This document shows positions 50,105-63,500 of a stretch of DNA of 64,000 nucleotides, piece after piece. Origin of the DNA: Botryllus schlosseri (taxonomy: Eukaryota). Both the position numbers and the translations under genes were made by a program. The stretch's first letter is position 1. The number at the start of each line of letters is the position of its first letter. The notes beneath the pieces were generated by a model. The model was not told where the DNA came from, searched no databases, and saw only the letters and a program-made list of their open reading frames with translations. The stretch spans positions 2,978,001-3,042,000 of the forward strand of contig CM119373.1 in the NCBI GenBank assembly GCA_051294905.1, in the 5' to 3' direction.

Positions 50105-50699
50105 CAGGGTTGTATGACTCGAGTCATGACTCGACTCGAGTCTGACTCGAGTCACGATTTTCCGATGACTCGACTTGACTCGAGTCATTTTCTCAAAATA
50201 CGGAAATGACTCGACTCGAGTCAATCAATCTGTGTATTGACTCGACTTGGACTCGAGTCATTCCACATGACTCGAACCAAGTCATATGACTCGAGACTCA
50301 GACGGCCAATACTTACATTTCATTGTAATTTTGAAGAATATTACAGTAACCATACTATTAGAATTTCGTCTATGTGTACTGGTACTTGAATATGCGACCA
50401 GAAACTGCTAAAAGTGGCGAAAATTATTATATTATGAATGTTAACCATTCGATATCACCAAACAGAGTTATAAAAAGTGGGTTTAATAAGACATTAACTG
50501 GAAACTGAGCAGTCAACACAATGACCTGGACTCGGACTCGAGTCACAATACCATGACTCGGATTCGACCGTCTGCTAACTGACTTGGACTCGGACTTGAC
50601 TCGGTGGTGAATCGAAAATTACTCGACTTGACTCGAGTCAAAACCATAAAAGTGACATTGACTTGTGACTCGGAGCCTTGTGACTTGGTTATAACCCTG
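50105..50699. mobile_element. hAT MITE with GACTCGAGTC repeats
   Basis: TIR CAGGGTTGTA / TATAACCCTG; perfect 8-bp TSD ATGGTATG. Confidence 0.9.
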
Positions 50700-51960
50700 A
50701 TGGTATGTAACTTTTCCGTATTTGTTGTGTGTAATCGGCACTCAGTCTACAAAGTGTGTAATTGAAGAGGAAATAATATTCAAATCAAATATGACATCAA
50801 ATAAAATATATGTGCCTTAATATACAAGCCCTAAACTTCACACTAGAACTGATTTTCAATGTCTCCTGGCTGCACATTACAACGTTAAATTGACTCAGAT
50901 TTACTTTGCACCTCGGAAAACAGACGAAATCCCTATCACGGGCCACTCAGAATTAATTTTCCCCTACATGGCACGCATTTAGGGCTCACGATTACGTCGT
51001 CTAGTCAACAATGCGATGAAACATTATGGTTCTATAGTATGTAATATCTTGAGTCGACATGTAAGCATATACACCATACAAAATATATTTGCAGTTCAGA
51101 TGATGAATCCAGTATACAGAGGATGAATTCCTATTCGCAAGATTACTGATGTCTCTCATATTGAGGCGTGCCCTTTTCACTGTTCGGTTTCATGGAGTCC
51201 GACACAATACCCCGTTTGTCATTACATTCGAAGATCCGTGTTTCCATCCATAACTCATACATTCTCTCTTTCCGCTTTTAACGGTGTAATTCATGTAAAT
51301 ATATAGGTAGGCATTTGCGTCATCACGATGGGGACTAGTCTGAAAAGATTCACATGAAAAGCAGATAAGGTATCAGTGCGACTCAATATCTTATTATAGT
51401 CACATTTTACAAAGGTCACGGCATTTTCTACACGTCATTGGATTCTCCTATCGGTTAGCAATCACTCAGCCCTCGCATGCATGTAATACACATTATCGTG
51501 ATCAGACGAATTTGCAGCCATTTTAAAATATCGATCCTGTTACGCGGCATGAAGACATCAAGAAACCCTTCTAGCTTCGTGGCGTGAGGAGAGTGAATTC
51601 AGACAATGGTTTCAATATGAGCTCGACCATATTTCCGTGTATCTGGGCCGGACTTGTGCAAACCAGAGTTGGATCAATTACATCAAATCAGTACAATTAC
51701 AATTACCGATGCTAAAAATATAGAATTACTATTGCAATTACAATTACTGTTAAACCTGTATTGATTAATCATAAATTCAACTTCAGTAGATTTATACTGG
51801 GCCCCTGAGTCATGGTGCAAAATGACTTCGTAGTCGGTGCACCAATTTCCCCTTATCCATCCAACCAACTTCGGTAGAGAGGTGCGCTTTGACAACCGTA
51901 ACGACGTAATTAGCAGCAATCAGAAGCTATTCATGTTTCATTCATGATACCTACAATATA

Positions 51961-52877
51961 CAGGACCGTAACTGCCGCACCCCAAAACCCCCAATTGGGG
52001 GGGGGCGAGCTGGAAGGGGGCCCAAAATTATTTCGTGAATTAGCATAAATTATAGAGTATTTTTTGAAAATTTATTACTAGGTGCCAAATATCATGATTC
52101 TTAGGTACTCCTCTCCCAAAAAAAGAACACGAAAGATTTTTAGAAATGGACATATCGGCGTTGGTCAATACCGCTACATGACGCACCAAGACATATAACT
52201 ATTTAGGACATATTACATGCGACTCCAAGAAGTGTGCCAGAACGATCGGCAGCGTAAAAACCTTGACCGAAAAGGAGTGCCCTTACGCTGACCGAAAACT
52301 TCGTTATAGATACAAAATACATATAGCTTTAATTGTCCATAGCCTAGGCGCCTAAATGACTGGCGCCGAGTGTTCATATCTTGGCAATCTGAACCTCAGA
52401 AGACGAATTCCATCCCGCAGGGGAAAATTATACGCCAGTGAAGAAAAACCTATTTGAAATCGTGCGTGTCTTTTAGATTAGTACGTTTGCCCGATTCTAT
52501 ATTTTTTGATATAGCAAACAGGAGGTCACGGAATAACATCATGTAACGAAGTCAAATCAACGGGTCCGCCCGCCGAAGATGTTTAATTATTCTTTACGGG
52601 CCCTACAGTTTCCAAGACACCTCACTCAGCTCTACCGGTACATCCGATAAAGTGAGCAGAGAGGACAAGACATTGATACCAATATATATGCAATTCCCGA
52701 TCTTATTGACCGATTGTATCATTAATTATAGAATATTTTAACGCTTCGCGCTGGCTCACTAAACAGTACGGCTGATTTCGTGGCAAAAGCGATCAACAAG
52801 ATGAATGGGGGGGGTCAGTGGGGGGCCCATGACCAACGTTTGGGGGGGGGGGCTGACGAAGTGCTGTTACGACCCTG
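51961..52877. mobile_element. Non-autonomous TIR element with 8-bp TSD (hAT-like)
   Basis: CAGGACCGTAAC / GTTACGACCCTG; perfect TSD ACAATATA; G/C-run subtermini. Confidence 0.85.
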
Positions 52878-53245
52878 ACAATATACCCTTTAATTAATAA
52901 AAAATAGTTGAACGTTTTCGAACTCTTCCTAATCACGAGTACGGAAAATACAAACACAGAAAAAAATTTAAGCGACTGACTGAGTAGTTCTAGTTCTAGT
53001 TGCGCTTCTGAAAACCCAGTAGTTTGCAAAAGTCTGATCTGGGTTCCCCACGACATAAAGTCTTTAAAATCGCAAAAGAAAGAGATCGCCGCGCTCGAGG
53101 CTTTTGGTGCAAATTTACAGTAAGATGGAGGCGTAGAGTGAAAGAGAATGAATAGCAGAGATGGACATCAGCTATCAACCGTTGCACAATAGCAGCGGAA
53201 ATCCATTAACCCTTTTGACACTATCGATGTGACTATTGTGAGTCA

Positions 53246-54545
53246 CAGAGGTGGTCAAAGTAGTCAACATATCTACTCAAGTAAAAGTAGAAGTAGTTAC
53301 GGAAAAATCTACTCAAGTACGAGTAGAAGTACTTCTTCCATAAGCAACACAAAACTACTTGAAGTAGAAGTAGAATTGACTGACTTTAAAAGTACTCAAG
53401 TAAGTAAGTAGCTATGAAAACGATCATAATTCGTTCGCATGATTTGTAAAAAGATGCAAATTGAGCTATGCGATATAGGTGACGAGCTTGATTCATATTG
53501 ATGCATACCAGCAGGTATCCAATTTTCGATAGCATAAGTATTCGTCCACATCATGGGATGAAAATGATAGTATTGATGTGGAAATGAGATGCTAATCCTC
53601 TGTTTTCTTGAACAGCACGTTTTAGAAATAAATCATGGTATGGCGCCATTCCCCATATTATAAGGCCCGTAGTTTAGTCGAAGAGCCATACGGAGAAGTT
53701 GTATAGGATACGATGTAAACACTTTGCGCGATTAGTAAACGTTAATAAAAATATGGTGGACCGTAAAAATGCCATATTGTGTAGTTTTATTTTCAGAAAT
53801 TAAAGGCATTACTACACTTGCTTTTATATCTCAGCATGTATATTACCCAGACAAAAGAAATGATATTAATTAGAACTCAAAGTAGATGATACAGGGAATT
53901 GAAAGTGAAATATAAATACTACTTTTAAAAGCAGAAAATGTATTTCATATTTTTAGTCCAGAAAGTTTCAAAGGTGGTATGCTAAATAGCTATAATACTA
54001 AAAAAAAATTCAGAGTCCACTTTTTCAGATTTGGACACGCCATGGACATGCTAGATTACGATATGACAAGTATATGCTAGATTGAGAAACATCAGTTTCA
54101 AGCGTTGTGATGAGCCATATATACTGTGATGAATTATTTGATATGGACGGAGGGCGACAATGTGGTGTGAACGGAACCACGCCAACCCTCTACCTAAATT
54201 ATATTCACCGATACTTTCGTGAAATCACACTGGTCAGTCCGTATGCAGCACTGCGTGCGAAGCGCGACGAAAAGTCTGGGCTTTACTAAACTTTTACGAA
54301 AATTAAATGTTGATACTCCGTGAAAAAAGCCCCGAAATTCCTCAGGCTGTCTTCCCGATTGAACGATTGAACTACTTCTACTTGACAAACTGAAAATATC
54401 GAAAAGTAAGTAAGTAGATCACAAAATATTACGAAGTAGAAGTAGAAGTAGCCAAAATCAGATTACTTGAGTAAGTACCGGAAGTAGAGGAAAACTACTT
54501 GAGTACTTCGAAAAAGTATAAGTACTTCGTTACTGACCACCTCTG
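53246..54545. mobile_element. hAT MITE with AGTA/TACT subterminal repeats
   Basis: TIR CAGAGGTGGTCA / TGACCACCTCTG; perfect 8-bp TSD GTGAGTCA. Confidence 0.9.
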
Positions 54546-54553
54546 GTGAGTCA

Positions 54554-54915
54554 GGCAACAATATACAAGACGACACATTTCGCATCGTTTGGAGGCGCCG
54601 TTCAAACTTTCATTTGCGTGCCTTGGAGTCTACTTTTGTCAAAATACCCCAGCCAAGGCTGTGTCTACTAAAGGAGTTCCATGTGCCATCTAAAAATACT
54701 ACATTGAACGCTCTCTTATTCGAAATTCCATGTTGGTGTCGTCATATTTTGATGTAAAGTGTTTTTCCCAATTCTCTGCTAGTCGCTGCATGACGATTAC
54801 CCCTGACGAGTGTCAGCCGAAAATATTCGGGTTCATTTCAATATGAATTTGAATACACTATTCAATTGGATATTGAAGTTCAGTACCTCCGAGAATCTCT
54901 TCAAATATGGGTAAA
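54554..54915 (+). mobile_element. Penelope-like element 3' end (GIY-YIG endonuclease tail plus pseudo-LTR)
   Basis: Translates to FRIVWRRRSNFHLRALESTFVKIPQPRLCLLKEF, matching the F.I.......L..LE...I....P.L pattern of PLE C-termini; followed by a hammerhead motif. Confidence 0.7.
54799..54832 (+). ncRNA. Minimal type I hammerhead ribozyme motif
   Basis: ACCC-CTGACGA-G(tgtcagc)C-GAAA-atat-TC-GGGT: complete core, 4-bp stem I, palindromic stem III. Confidence 0.7.
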
Positions 54916-55414
54916 ATACCAGCAAGTCGATAATAATATTTGCGTGATTGCTCGCACAAAATCATTTAGACATCCTCCTATCTGTTCACACAGTGTATGT
55001 GGAACGGATAAATATATCAGAACATTGTTTCTTAACCAGGATGTCCACTGACTAATTATTTAAGTGCTCACAACAGGTGACAATAGCCGTACGGATGAAA
55101 TGGACACTAAAACCTTAATTTTCTCATCAGGTAGCTTTTTAGTCATCAACTAGACCAGTTGCAAATGCAAATTAGGTCGTGATTAGGACTAGGTCATAGT
55201 TACGACCTTATTTAGTCGCCATCTCCCAACATATCGGGGTTAGGGGTCCGTGTAACCACCCAGAAAATTAGGGACCGGCGCTAAAAATAGACTGAGAAGT
55301 CTCGGACTTTAACGAATGAATTATTGTTATTAAGATTGATTCCGTTGATACAAATTAATCTATTCTACTGTCTCGCGAGCATCTTTTGAAGTGTTTCATA
55401 TTATTCGAACTCAC

Positions 55415-55611
55415 TTTTGCAGTCCATATTCCAACATTTGACGACTCCGTCGAATCCCAGTTTTCTTCGGCCAAATATGTGCACATCCTATTTACAATAC
55501 TGTACTGGAACCACTGAGTTGAAATTGTAGCTATTACTGAGTTTTTTTCTCTGCAAATTTCCTTCGCTTGTTCGAAATTGAGGTCTGACTTCGTTCGTAG
55601 TTCGATCAACA
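55415..55611 (-). CDS. Isolated exon encoding the N-terminal half of a C-type lectin-like domain
   Basis: LNFEQAKEICREKNSVIATI...GIWTAK; bounded by a TTTTCCAG acceptor and a GTGAGT donor. Confidence 0.55.
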
Positions 55612-55786
55612 CTGGAAAAAATGTTTACAAGTTTACAAGTATCTCCCCTGTAAACTTTAAAATGAATTTTCGATGACATACCGGATAACTGTGCGTGGTT
55701 GGTAATGATACTTGTTAGGCTGTGATATCACCGTAATCTAGCATTATAACAGTGCTCTTCAACCGAGGTTTTCATACACCCTAGGG

Positions 55787-56984
55787 CCGGGGTGGGCAAA
55801 CTACGGCCCGCGGGCCGCATGCGGCCCTGCACACCGTTCTGTGCGGCCCGCGAGAGTCTAAAGAAAATTATTAAAAATATTGATAAAATGCGCACTAAAA
55901 ATCGAATTAATGCTGGGACTTGATTAACATTTTCTTAGTATATCTCACCATGATAATTCTAAGGTAGCGGTTCTCAAACTGGGGGCGCACCCTTTTTTGG
56001 AGTGATGGTGAAAGCATCTGAAGATGGGCGCGAAGTTGAGCTCTAATGAAAATTCTTTTCGCGTTTCACGCGATCTACATCCATTTATACTTGCTGCTCT
56101 GTATTTTTAGTGTGAATTTCAAATTTAAAAATATCTCACCCACAGTCGTAACCTTCCATGCCATATAACTATCTGTTAGGTTTGCTAGCATCCTGGTTGG
56201 GTTTTGTGATATGACGATAAGGGGGGTGCGAACTCTTTTACCATCATAAGGGGATGGGGTGGCCTGTCTTAGAAAGTTTGAAAACCAGTTTTCCAAGGTA
56301 AATACTTCCTATATCATTTTTATGTTTAATTTCTGGCGCGACATCCCGATCTCAATGCCCCCCGCATGTTGGAAGGTTTCGACTGCTAAACATCACAGAA
56401 ATCCTAAACGAGGTTGACATAATTCGGATCACTAGTGTGATTTCAGATTGGCCAATCCAGTTTTAATTATTTCAGTGATGTGTTTCAAAAAGACGATTCG
56501 CGCGTGCCTTAGGTAGATTCGTTCTGTGTATGTCAGAATTAGGGTTTTTATATTTCATCTACACATAGTGGAAGCGTGTTTGAAGCTAACATGGTTATGA
56601 GATGCTGTCAGCATTGTGTGTACTGGAACTGATCCAAAAGTGGAATTAGTAAAGCTATGAAGGGATCGCTGCTCACAGATTTAAATTTTAATTCTGTTCT
56701 AAGTATCGAGACAATCGACTTTCATCTCCATAGTTTTGACAAATTCGTTATTGAGGTCGACCAGCCTGTGAAATCTTGCCACTGTTTCTGACGCGTGTAC
56801 GATATCATCAAAGCAATGTTTAGATTGTTTTAAATAAGCATATATATATTATCTCTTTGTCCACACTATATAATCAAATACCTATATGGCGTTTTGGTTT
56901 ACAATCCAAATTTTGTATAGTGCGGCCCGCGAATGGATTCAGATATTGAATGCGGCCGCGAGCTTAAAAGTTTACCCACCCCCG
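55787..56984. mobile_element. hAT (Charlie-like) MITE with GCGGCCC repeats
   Basis: CCGGGGTGGGCAAAC / GTTTACCCACCCCCG; TSD unclear. Confidence 0.65.
55965..56290. mobile_element. Nested small hAT MITE
   Basis: TAGCGGTTCTCAAACT / AGTTTGAAAACCAGTT; flanks TTCTAAGG/TTCCAAGG. Confidence 0.65.
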
Positions 56985-57586
56985 CCGTATAGGGTGTACC
57001 AGAATTTTCAAAGGTTGTACCACTCAGATGGGGTGTACAGGGGTGTACCAGATCCGAATTACAATGAGCCGATGGCTGGCTATCACAAAGGCAGGTTTAT
57101 GCGTCAGTACAGGTTGACGCACTGGTTAATGAGCAATGTCGCAGTCCTCTTCAACCGAGTGTTTCGTACACCCCACGGTGTACCTTAATTTGTAAATGGT
57201 GTACCACTCGGATTGGGTCTACAGGTGTGTACCGGATCCACAGTATGAGGAACCGATGATACGATGACTATAGCTATCAGATCACAATAAATACGCCAGT
57301 GTATGCTTCAAAACAGATTGACTGGAGGTGTGATATCGTACAATGTGATGTCATAAGCAAATGTTTCTAATCATTTAACCTTTGGCAATGGACTTATTAC
57401 TTCCTTTCAGAGTAGAGTAGGGTTGAGTTAGCATGTGTTCAGCTTACGATATATGTCTGATGATCCTCGAGGAAACCACCGCAACAGCTCGGACATTTTG
57501 AATTGGTACTTCCTGCGGCCAGCTTATGAATAGCGCAGAATACATGCTTGCGCAGCCAGGGGGTCGAGTTTGTGAATCACTGCGTT

Positions 57587-60500
57587 AGTAGTTATATAGA
57601 TCGCTCGTGATTTGCCTGGGGTTCTTATGGGCCCGCTCGCACGCGGCTGGGAAACTCGTATTGGCACGCGGCTCCTTATGTCTTATGGGCCCGCTCGCAC
57701 GCGGCTATTGCGTCTTATGGCCCCTCTCACACGGTAACTCTTTTCAGTATAGGGATCGCTCACACGCGGCTGGGAAACTCGTGTTGGCATGCGGCTCCTT
57801 ATGTCTTATGGGTGCGTTGGCATGCGGCTATTGTGTCTTGTGGTCGCGCGGTAACCCTTTTCAGTATAGGGATCGGTCGCAAGCGGCTGGGAAACTCGTG
57901 TTGGCATGCGGCTCTTATGTCTTATGGGTGCGTTGGCATGCGGCTATTGCGTCTTGTGGTCGCGCGGTAACCCTTTTCAGTATAGCTCGCAAGCGGCTTC
58001 GTTGTTGGCATGTTGTACTTCGTGTTGAATATGTATCAAGTAAATAGTCATGTGATTGGTCCTTAGGTAATGTGTATATTCCAAATTACGGCGAGTACGA
58101 CAATGATATATCGTTATTCTTATGGACGCGGCGATGATTCGTACTTTCAGGTATCTCTCGCGCGGTGTTGAATATGTACGAGTCACCAACAATAACCGCG
58201 CAAACGGAAACGTGGTTTGTTGTGAGGATTAAGCAGTGCGTGCGACCTATATTTCGAATGACCTGTGCGCTGAATTATTTCTCGTCCAGCCGCTACTATC
58301 GATTATTACACTATTCCATTCAGTGCGAAATAGTTTGCTAAATCTAGGAGTCACTTCCGAGGTAATATTTTGGTAATTAGTTTGCCATAGAACCGGCGTA
58401 GACGGTGATTCGAATACCAACAATATCCGCGTTCACAAACTGACGACGATTCGAATACCAACAATAACCGCATTCACAAACTAACACTCCAAAAAGGTGC
58501 GAAATATTGGTAAAATCCCGCGATCGCTCACAAGATAATACCTAAGACATAACCATCGCTCGCGACTCGCTGTTACATACATACCGATCGTTGACAATGT
58601 AATATTTTGGTAATAAGTTTGTCACATAACCGGCGTAGACGGTGATACCAACAATAGCCGCGTTCACAAACTAACACTTCAAAAAGGTGTGAAATAGGTT
58701 GCAAATCCCACGATCGCTCACGAGATAACACCTAAGACATAGCCATCCCTCGCAACTTGTTGTTACATACATTCCAATCGCCACAATGTAATATTTTGAT
58801 AATCAGTATGTCACGGAACTGGATTTCACTGGTAAAATTTAATAAGTAACGAATAACAGAACCGTCGCAGACGATGATTCGAATACCGACAAATTCTCAC
58901 TTATTTCTGATCCCACCCTAATCCTTTGTGAAGTTGACGCTTATTCGAAAAGGTGTGAAATAATTGTAAAACCCTACGTCGCTGACAGGATAATGCATCA
59001 GACATAGCGATCTAGTTATAGCACGGGTCGGAATCCATTCGGGTTCTATAGGTAAATTGAGATAATCCGAAACCGAATATTTTGACTTTGGCGTAGTGTG
59101 AATTGAAATAGGATTGACTAACAAGACTACCAAATTTCAACCCGGTCATATTTAGAGATTATACGGATATTGATTTGAAACAAGTAATGAAACCTTACAA
59201 CTCTATTCACGATCTGGCTTTCCGTTTGTCAAAGAGACATTTTAACATCTTACCATACTCAAAAGAATTATTCATAATATCAACCGGTGTTAAAAATATA
59301 GTTTTCACTTACTTGATTATACCACTACAACTCGCAAACTTGAATTAATTCATCCTGGTTGTATTCATATGACCGATAATTTTTATTCAACTGTAAAGGC
59401 CGTTACTACACTGCAAGACAAAGTATTTACTAATCGGTACATATACGACTTGACATAACCTATTACATTTTGAGTATACGAGATTTCAATGTCTGAACAA
59501 TAACTGAGAATTAAATGATCACGAGTGAATCCGTATATTACAGCGTAAAAGATGTTGGAATGTCAGCAACTCTGTACGGTCATAGTTACTACCACTAATT
59601 TACCCGGCCAACTCGTCATGATCATTCCTGAAATCTACACAATAACATGACCACTGACTAGAGTTAACCACAAAATAGCATCGAGTTTTAAATCCAGTTG
59701 TAGCTTACGTATTATTTGAATGCGGGTTATGTTTTGTTATAATTGGGTGTACGGATAAAGTATTAGGTCTCGACATTTTAACATTTTGCCATACTCAGTC
59801 AATCACGAAAACATTGTCAAGTAAATCCGTTAACCGACCAACTCAACAGTATCAATATGAAAAACAGCCAAACATACACGAATCCATACAAGCACTAAAA
59901 CCTAAAATCCATAACAAGCCTGGTTGTATTCATATCCCTACATGTCTTTTTTATTCAACTTGAAAAGTCGTTACTATTCTGTAAGACAAAGAAATTACTA
60001 TGCGGTATATTTTGTAAGATAAAAGTAATTACTTCTCGGTGCCCGCGACTTGAGATTAACATAATATGTTTGAGTATGCGAGATTTGAAAGTCTGCCCAA
60101 CATGTTGAGAATTCATTTCTTACAATCGAACGCAGGTGTTATATTGAAAATTATCATGATGTAAACATAAGGATTGACACATTGATTTGACATATGTAAT
60201 AGTTGATCATGACTTGACTATTAAATTATTTGCGTTAATTAGACCCGGCGTTGTGGTAAAGATTATTGTGACAGCAACAAACTTTTCAGTACCGTTGTTA
60301 TTAACATATTGAGTTGTAAACTATGTGTGTCTAAAATGTTCTCGATTGGAAAATTATTCAGCCTTGGTACAAACCACGCAGAGTATTGTGGATATCAGGA
60401 AATATTTTACAAATGTCTAAAAGACTAAAGATGAAACAACAATTTCCTTTGTTGAACAATAACCGGGGCAATACTTTATTATCGGTGAGAATTGAAACAC

Positions 60501-63500
60501 TTTCGCGCATTACCTGGTGTCAAGATATCACACTAGGTGAATTGACATACCACCATTTGATTAATGCTTAATCCGTTCGCATCATTTCACACTCACTTTG
60601 ATCATTACAAAAGTAAATTGGAATATGTTTGCTAGGCACCACCTATTCAACTATACTTGAGTAATACAGAAACCTCTCAGCATTAATAAAATCGAAATGT
60701 GCGCTACACTGAAATCTACAAAAATGTGTTTGTATTGCTGTTTGTAGTAGCGATATCGATTTGAACCTCCATCATCGAACCAAACTACTGAGAGTCGTTG
60801 TCAATTTACATGACGTTCACTGATTACATACTAGAACTATTTCTGCAGCGCACACGATCAGAGAAATTGGACATTTTTCCATTGCCATTCGTCAAAGTAA
60901 ATGTCGTCACAATAATCAGTCACTAAAAGACCATATACTTGTATGTGATTGAATCGCCGACAATTAACTCGGTAAATCAAACCCCTGAGAAATTTCACTC
61001 AGTCATTGGATAGGAAACAGCGTCGCTTAATCGGTGTGAGTCGTTTTTTCTAAATACTAATCATATCTGTCCAGCCAAGAACAATTTTCACTCACTTGGG
61101 TAACGAAACCAGTGTCCAATATCAATACAAGATATTTTCGTCACACAAAAATGATCAACTTCACTCGATATTCCCGTACTACGAAACTGTACAAAGGTTA
61201 CATGTTTTTGTATGACATGGAATTAATACCGATCGAAGTAACCGTATTGGAGATAACTTTTAAACAAACACACTCTACGTGGTTAACATTCTCGTCGATT
61301 CTATTGTGATTAATGTATACTTCATGTGATCTGGATTCATTTCGATATGGCTAAACATTCAACCTCGACGGATACGAATTGTCACACACTCAAGTAATAT
61401 CATACCAAATAGTTATTTACAAGACACAGAAAATTTGTTTTGGTCGTTTCGACTTTATTACTGGAGATACTCATCACTTCGCTTAATACAATCTAGATTT
61501 AAACTCCATCGAACCTTTGGTGTCTATCGTTTTGCTGGATACGAATTATGTTAGTCTATGAGTACACAATTTTCACTATCTTGGGTTATGAACTCAGTGT
61601 CTTAGCGATCATTCAATATTTTGTAGTATCAACTAGCTACTTCGTAGGATACGAATGATCATCCTCACAACTCTTACAAAAGTACGAAGGATATTTACAT
61701 CACACAAAGTAATCGACTTTACTCGATATCCTCACACTACGAAACTGAATGGTTGGTTTGACTCTACAAACTGTTCTGATGTCACAAGAACTTTTTCATA
61801 AGAATGGTTACGTATCTAAATATTCAAATAATCCAACACACGACTATAGCACTTACAGAAATATCATAGTTCATGTAACAAAGTTGTATAAGTATAATGT
61901 TTATCGTAAGTCCGACATAGCCATGATATCCGTCCGAGTTTGACTTTTAGAAAACATTATACCGACATCGCGACATCTTTCAAAATTAAAACCACGGTGA
62001 CTGCTTCAGAGACCTACCAATGATATTGCAGTAATACAGTTACTTCCACAAAAGAGTATGTATTCGACTTACTTACCACAAATCTAACGCACAAAACAAT
62101 TTACTTTACTAACGAGAAGCACCGAGCCTCACATCAAAACAACTAGAAAGTGGAACTATATTAAAAAACGTCGCTAACCTTTGTGCACCAGCTGTAAATC
62201 ACACAAGCAACATGTTTCAAGATTCTGGTTATTGAAAAACGTTAAAGTGTTTCTCCTGCACCAAGTCGTTATGTTGACGAAAGCGTATATTGTAATACCA
62301 TGATCGATTTGCATTCGTTGGTCACAAACTGTCACTACTCAAAATAATTATTTTTCACTCAAACACAAAAGCATACTTGTCGCCAATCGTTTTCATCAAG
62401 CACGAGTTCAAGAAGCTTACTTACTACGACATGAATTGTTATTTTTATGTTGTGTAAATAGGTAATAATTTATTTTAGTAACACTACATCAACATCATCG
62501 AGTTGTGCGAATAGATTTACATGTGGTTTCAATCGAAGTACACAGCACGGTCTAATGTAGATTCATATCTATTGTACAGCAACTCGGTAATCGAAATGCA
62601 TTAACATTTAAACAACGATCTTGGTTCGTCACGCGAAAAATATCTTTACTGTCGCAACACTCTGATACTCTGCACAAGATGTGTAAATCGTTTTCACACT
62701 CATAATAATACACTAACGGGATACCGATGTCAAGCAACAACGTTTAACAACATCACCGACACTGAACATACGATACCTACCCAAGTAAAAATATCATTTT
62801 CACCAGGAGGTCAGTCGTTACTTGTGTACAATTACCATTTTCCCTTGGGAGTTTAGCGTTACCCGAGTAACAAAACCATTTTCACTTGGAAATATATGTT
62901 TTCCCTCAACAACAAACGTTTTTCACTTGGAAATATATTTTTTCCCTGGGTAACAAACCCCTTTTCACTTGGAAATATATTTTTGCCCTGGATAACAAAC
63001 CTTTTTCACTTGGAGATATATTTTTTCTCTTGGTAACAAACCTTTTTCACTTGAAATATATTTTTTCCCCGATCAACAAACCATTTCACTGAGCAACAAA
63101 CCCTTTTCTCCCCAGGCAACAATCCCTTTTCGTTTGGAAAACTATCATTTACCTGAGCACCAATACCATTTCACTTGGAAATCTATCTTCTCCCTAGGTA
63201 ATAATACCATTTTCGTTTTGAAAACTGACACACACACCGGACAATTTGATATTTTTTGTATATTGTTACAACAGACAGTGACAAAATATACACCAACAAC
63301 GACTCCGAAACATTTGTGTAATCAAATATTCACTTGCTCTGATGCATCCCATCAAAATCATTGGTTACTCACATACAATAACATTGTGCTGTTGTACATC
63401 GACATGTATGTTTTCGGAATTGGCGAATAAAGGGGTTTCTGATATGTCCGTGATGTCCGGGTTCGTGCTTTGGATTTTCCAGAGTCAAAATGTCTGAATA

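Noticed and set aside
57607..58047. 146-aa ORF
   Set aside because: Translation of the GC-rich subterminal repeat array with a GTG start
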